This document shows positions 23,131 through 24,000 of a DNA stretch of 24,000 nucleotides, in pieces. Numbering within the stretch: the first letter of the stretch is position 1; each line of letters opens with the position of its first letter. The position numbers were made by a program, and so were the translations under genes. This DNA comes from Halopseudomonas nanhaiensis (GTDB lineage: Bacteria; Pseudomonadota; Gammaproteobacteria; Pseudomonadales; Pseudomonadaceae): positions 2,521,167 through 2,545,166 of the forward strand of contig NZ_CP073751.1 of the NCBI RefSeq assembly GCF_020025155.1, written 5' to 3'. The notes under the pieces are model-generated. The model was given only the letters and a program-made list of their open reading frames with translations. It was not told the DNA's origin and made no database searches.

Positions 23131-24000
23131 GATTGGTCTTTTCCCAGTAGAACGGTTTGCTGATCAGCTGCCACAGGCCCTTGTAGGCAGCGAAGGATTG
23201 CAGCAACCAGTACAGCGGTACGGTGAGCGCGTACGGTGCGAGATTGAAGTAGTTGCGCTTGAAGCCGGCGACCATGGTCATGTAGATGAAAAACCCGTTG
23301 GCCAATAGCAGGTTGAGCAGGCTGAGGTACACCAGCGCCGGCGGGAACAGAAAGTCGAACGCCCGCGTGCCTGCGGCCAGCCAGAGCCCATAGATGAGCC
23401 ATAACAGGGGTGCGGCCAATGCCGTGAGCACGCCACCACCAATGAAGAACTGAAAGCCCCAGAAGCCCCGGAACCCGGTTGACTGATACAGGTGCACCGG
23501 ATCGCGCATGTGCACCAGCCAGGTCTGCATATAGCCCTTGAACCAGCGCGAGCGCTGCCGGATCCAGTTGGGAACGCTGACATTCGCTTCTTCGAAGGTG
23601 GTCGAATTGACCACGCTGACCCGGTAGCCTTGCTGAACCAGGCGCACGCCGAGGTCGGCGTCTTCGGTCACGTTGTACGGATCCCAGGCATACACGCTGC
23701 GCAGGGCTTCGATCCGAAAGTGGTTGGACGTCCCACCCAGCGGAATCGGGATGCGCAGGTATTCGAGCGCCGGAAGATAGAAGTCGAACCAGAGCGTGTA
23801 CTCCAGCGTGAACATGCGCGTCAGCCAGTTCTCGTTGGCGTTGTAGTAATTCAGCCGCGCCTGCACGCAGACCACCTCCGGCGCGGACTTGGCAAAGGCG
23901 GCCACCACACGTTTGAGCTGCTCCGGTTCGGGCTTGTCTTCGGCATCGAAGATGGTGACAAACTGTCCTCTGGCAAAGCGCAACGCATAGTTGCAGGCCT
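23078..24000 (-). CDS. Processive family-2 glycosyltransferase (cellulose/chitin/PNAG-synthase-like), N-terminus outside the window
   Basis: The frame stays open to the window edge (..ACNYALRFARGQFVTIFDAEDKP). Signature set: DAED (DxD), VTEDADLGVRL (TED/ED) and RQRSRWFKGY (Q-x-x-R-W), followed by 4 or more C-terminal TM helices and FYWEKTNHG. The listed start at 23983 is an internal TTG. Confidence 0.85.
   Translation of the reverse strand, partial: ACNYALRFARGQFVTIFDAEDKPEPEQLKRVVAAFAKSAPEVVCVQARLNYYNANENWLTRMFTLEYTLWFDFYLPALEYLRIPIPLGGTSNHFRIEALRSVYAWDPYNVTEDADLGVRLVQQGYRVSVVNSTTFEEANVSVPNWIRQRSRWFKGYMQTWLVHMRDPVHLYQSTGFRGFWGFQFFIGGGVLTALAAPLLWLIYGLWLAAGTRAFDFLFPPALVYLSLLNLLLANGFFIYMTMVAGFKRNYFNLAPYALTVPLYWLLQSFAAYKGLWQLISKPFYWEKTNHGISKYAPAERKAALRE

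Overview
This is a high-GC proteobacterial chromosomal segment; a Pseudomonas-like gammaproteobacterium is my inference from composition and gene content. It has dense coding on both strands. I found no rRNA, tRNA, CRISPR array, transposase or integrase. All functional calls come from motifs read in the supplied translations and compared with families from memory; no searches were run.

Layout, left to right:
- 1-2614: tail of a DJ-1/PfpI gene, a YbfB/YjiJ-type MFS transporter and an inositol-monophosphatase-family gene.
- 2638-7516: a winged-helix regulator fused to a degenerate Ser/Thr-kinase C-lobe. It is divergent from a TupA-like ATP-grasp amidoligase, a Wzx-like flippase (ATGA-coupled) and a LamB-family porin.
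- 7572-11707, minus strand: a complete co-directional curli locus, csgD-E-F-G, terminator, csgB-csgA. Its CsgA is 406 aa and tiles into 34 consecutive 11-residue curlin half-repeats. No csgC or csgH is present.
- 12027-13951: mepA murein endopeptidase and a secreted alpha/beta hydrolase.
- 14156-20633: an MDR-family oxidoreductase, a leaderless PhoD-like metallophosphatase and a 1041-aa hybrid sensor kinase.
- 20654-24000, minus strand: a tightly overlapping operon of a processive GT2 synthase (truncated by the window edge), an unassignable 505-aa polytopic membrane protein and a TIM-barrel-like glycoside hydrolase lipoprotein.

The strongest candidates for something new are the GT2/membrane/hydrolase module, the giant acidic curlin, the wHTH-pseudokinase regulator and the glycosyltransferase-less ATP-grasp/flippase/porin cluster.
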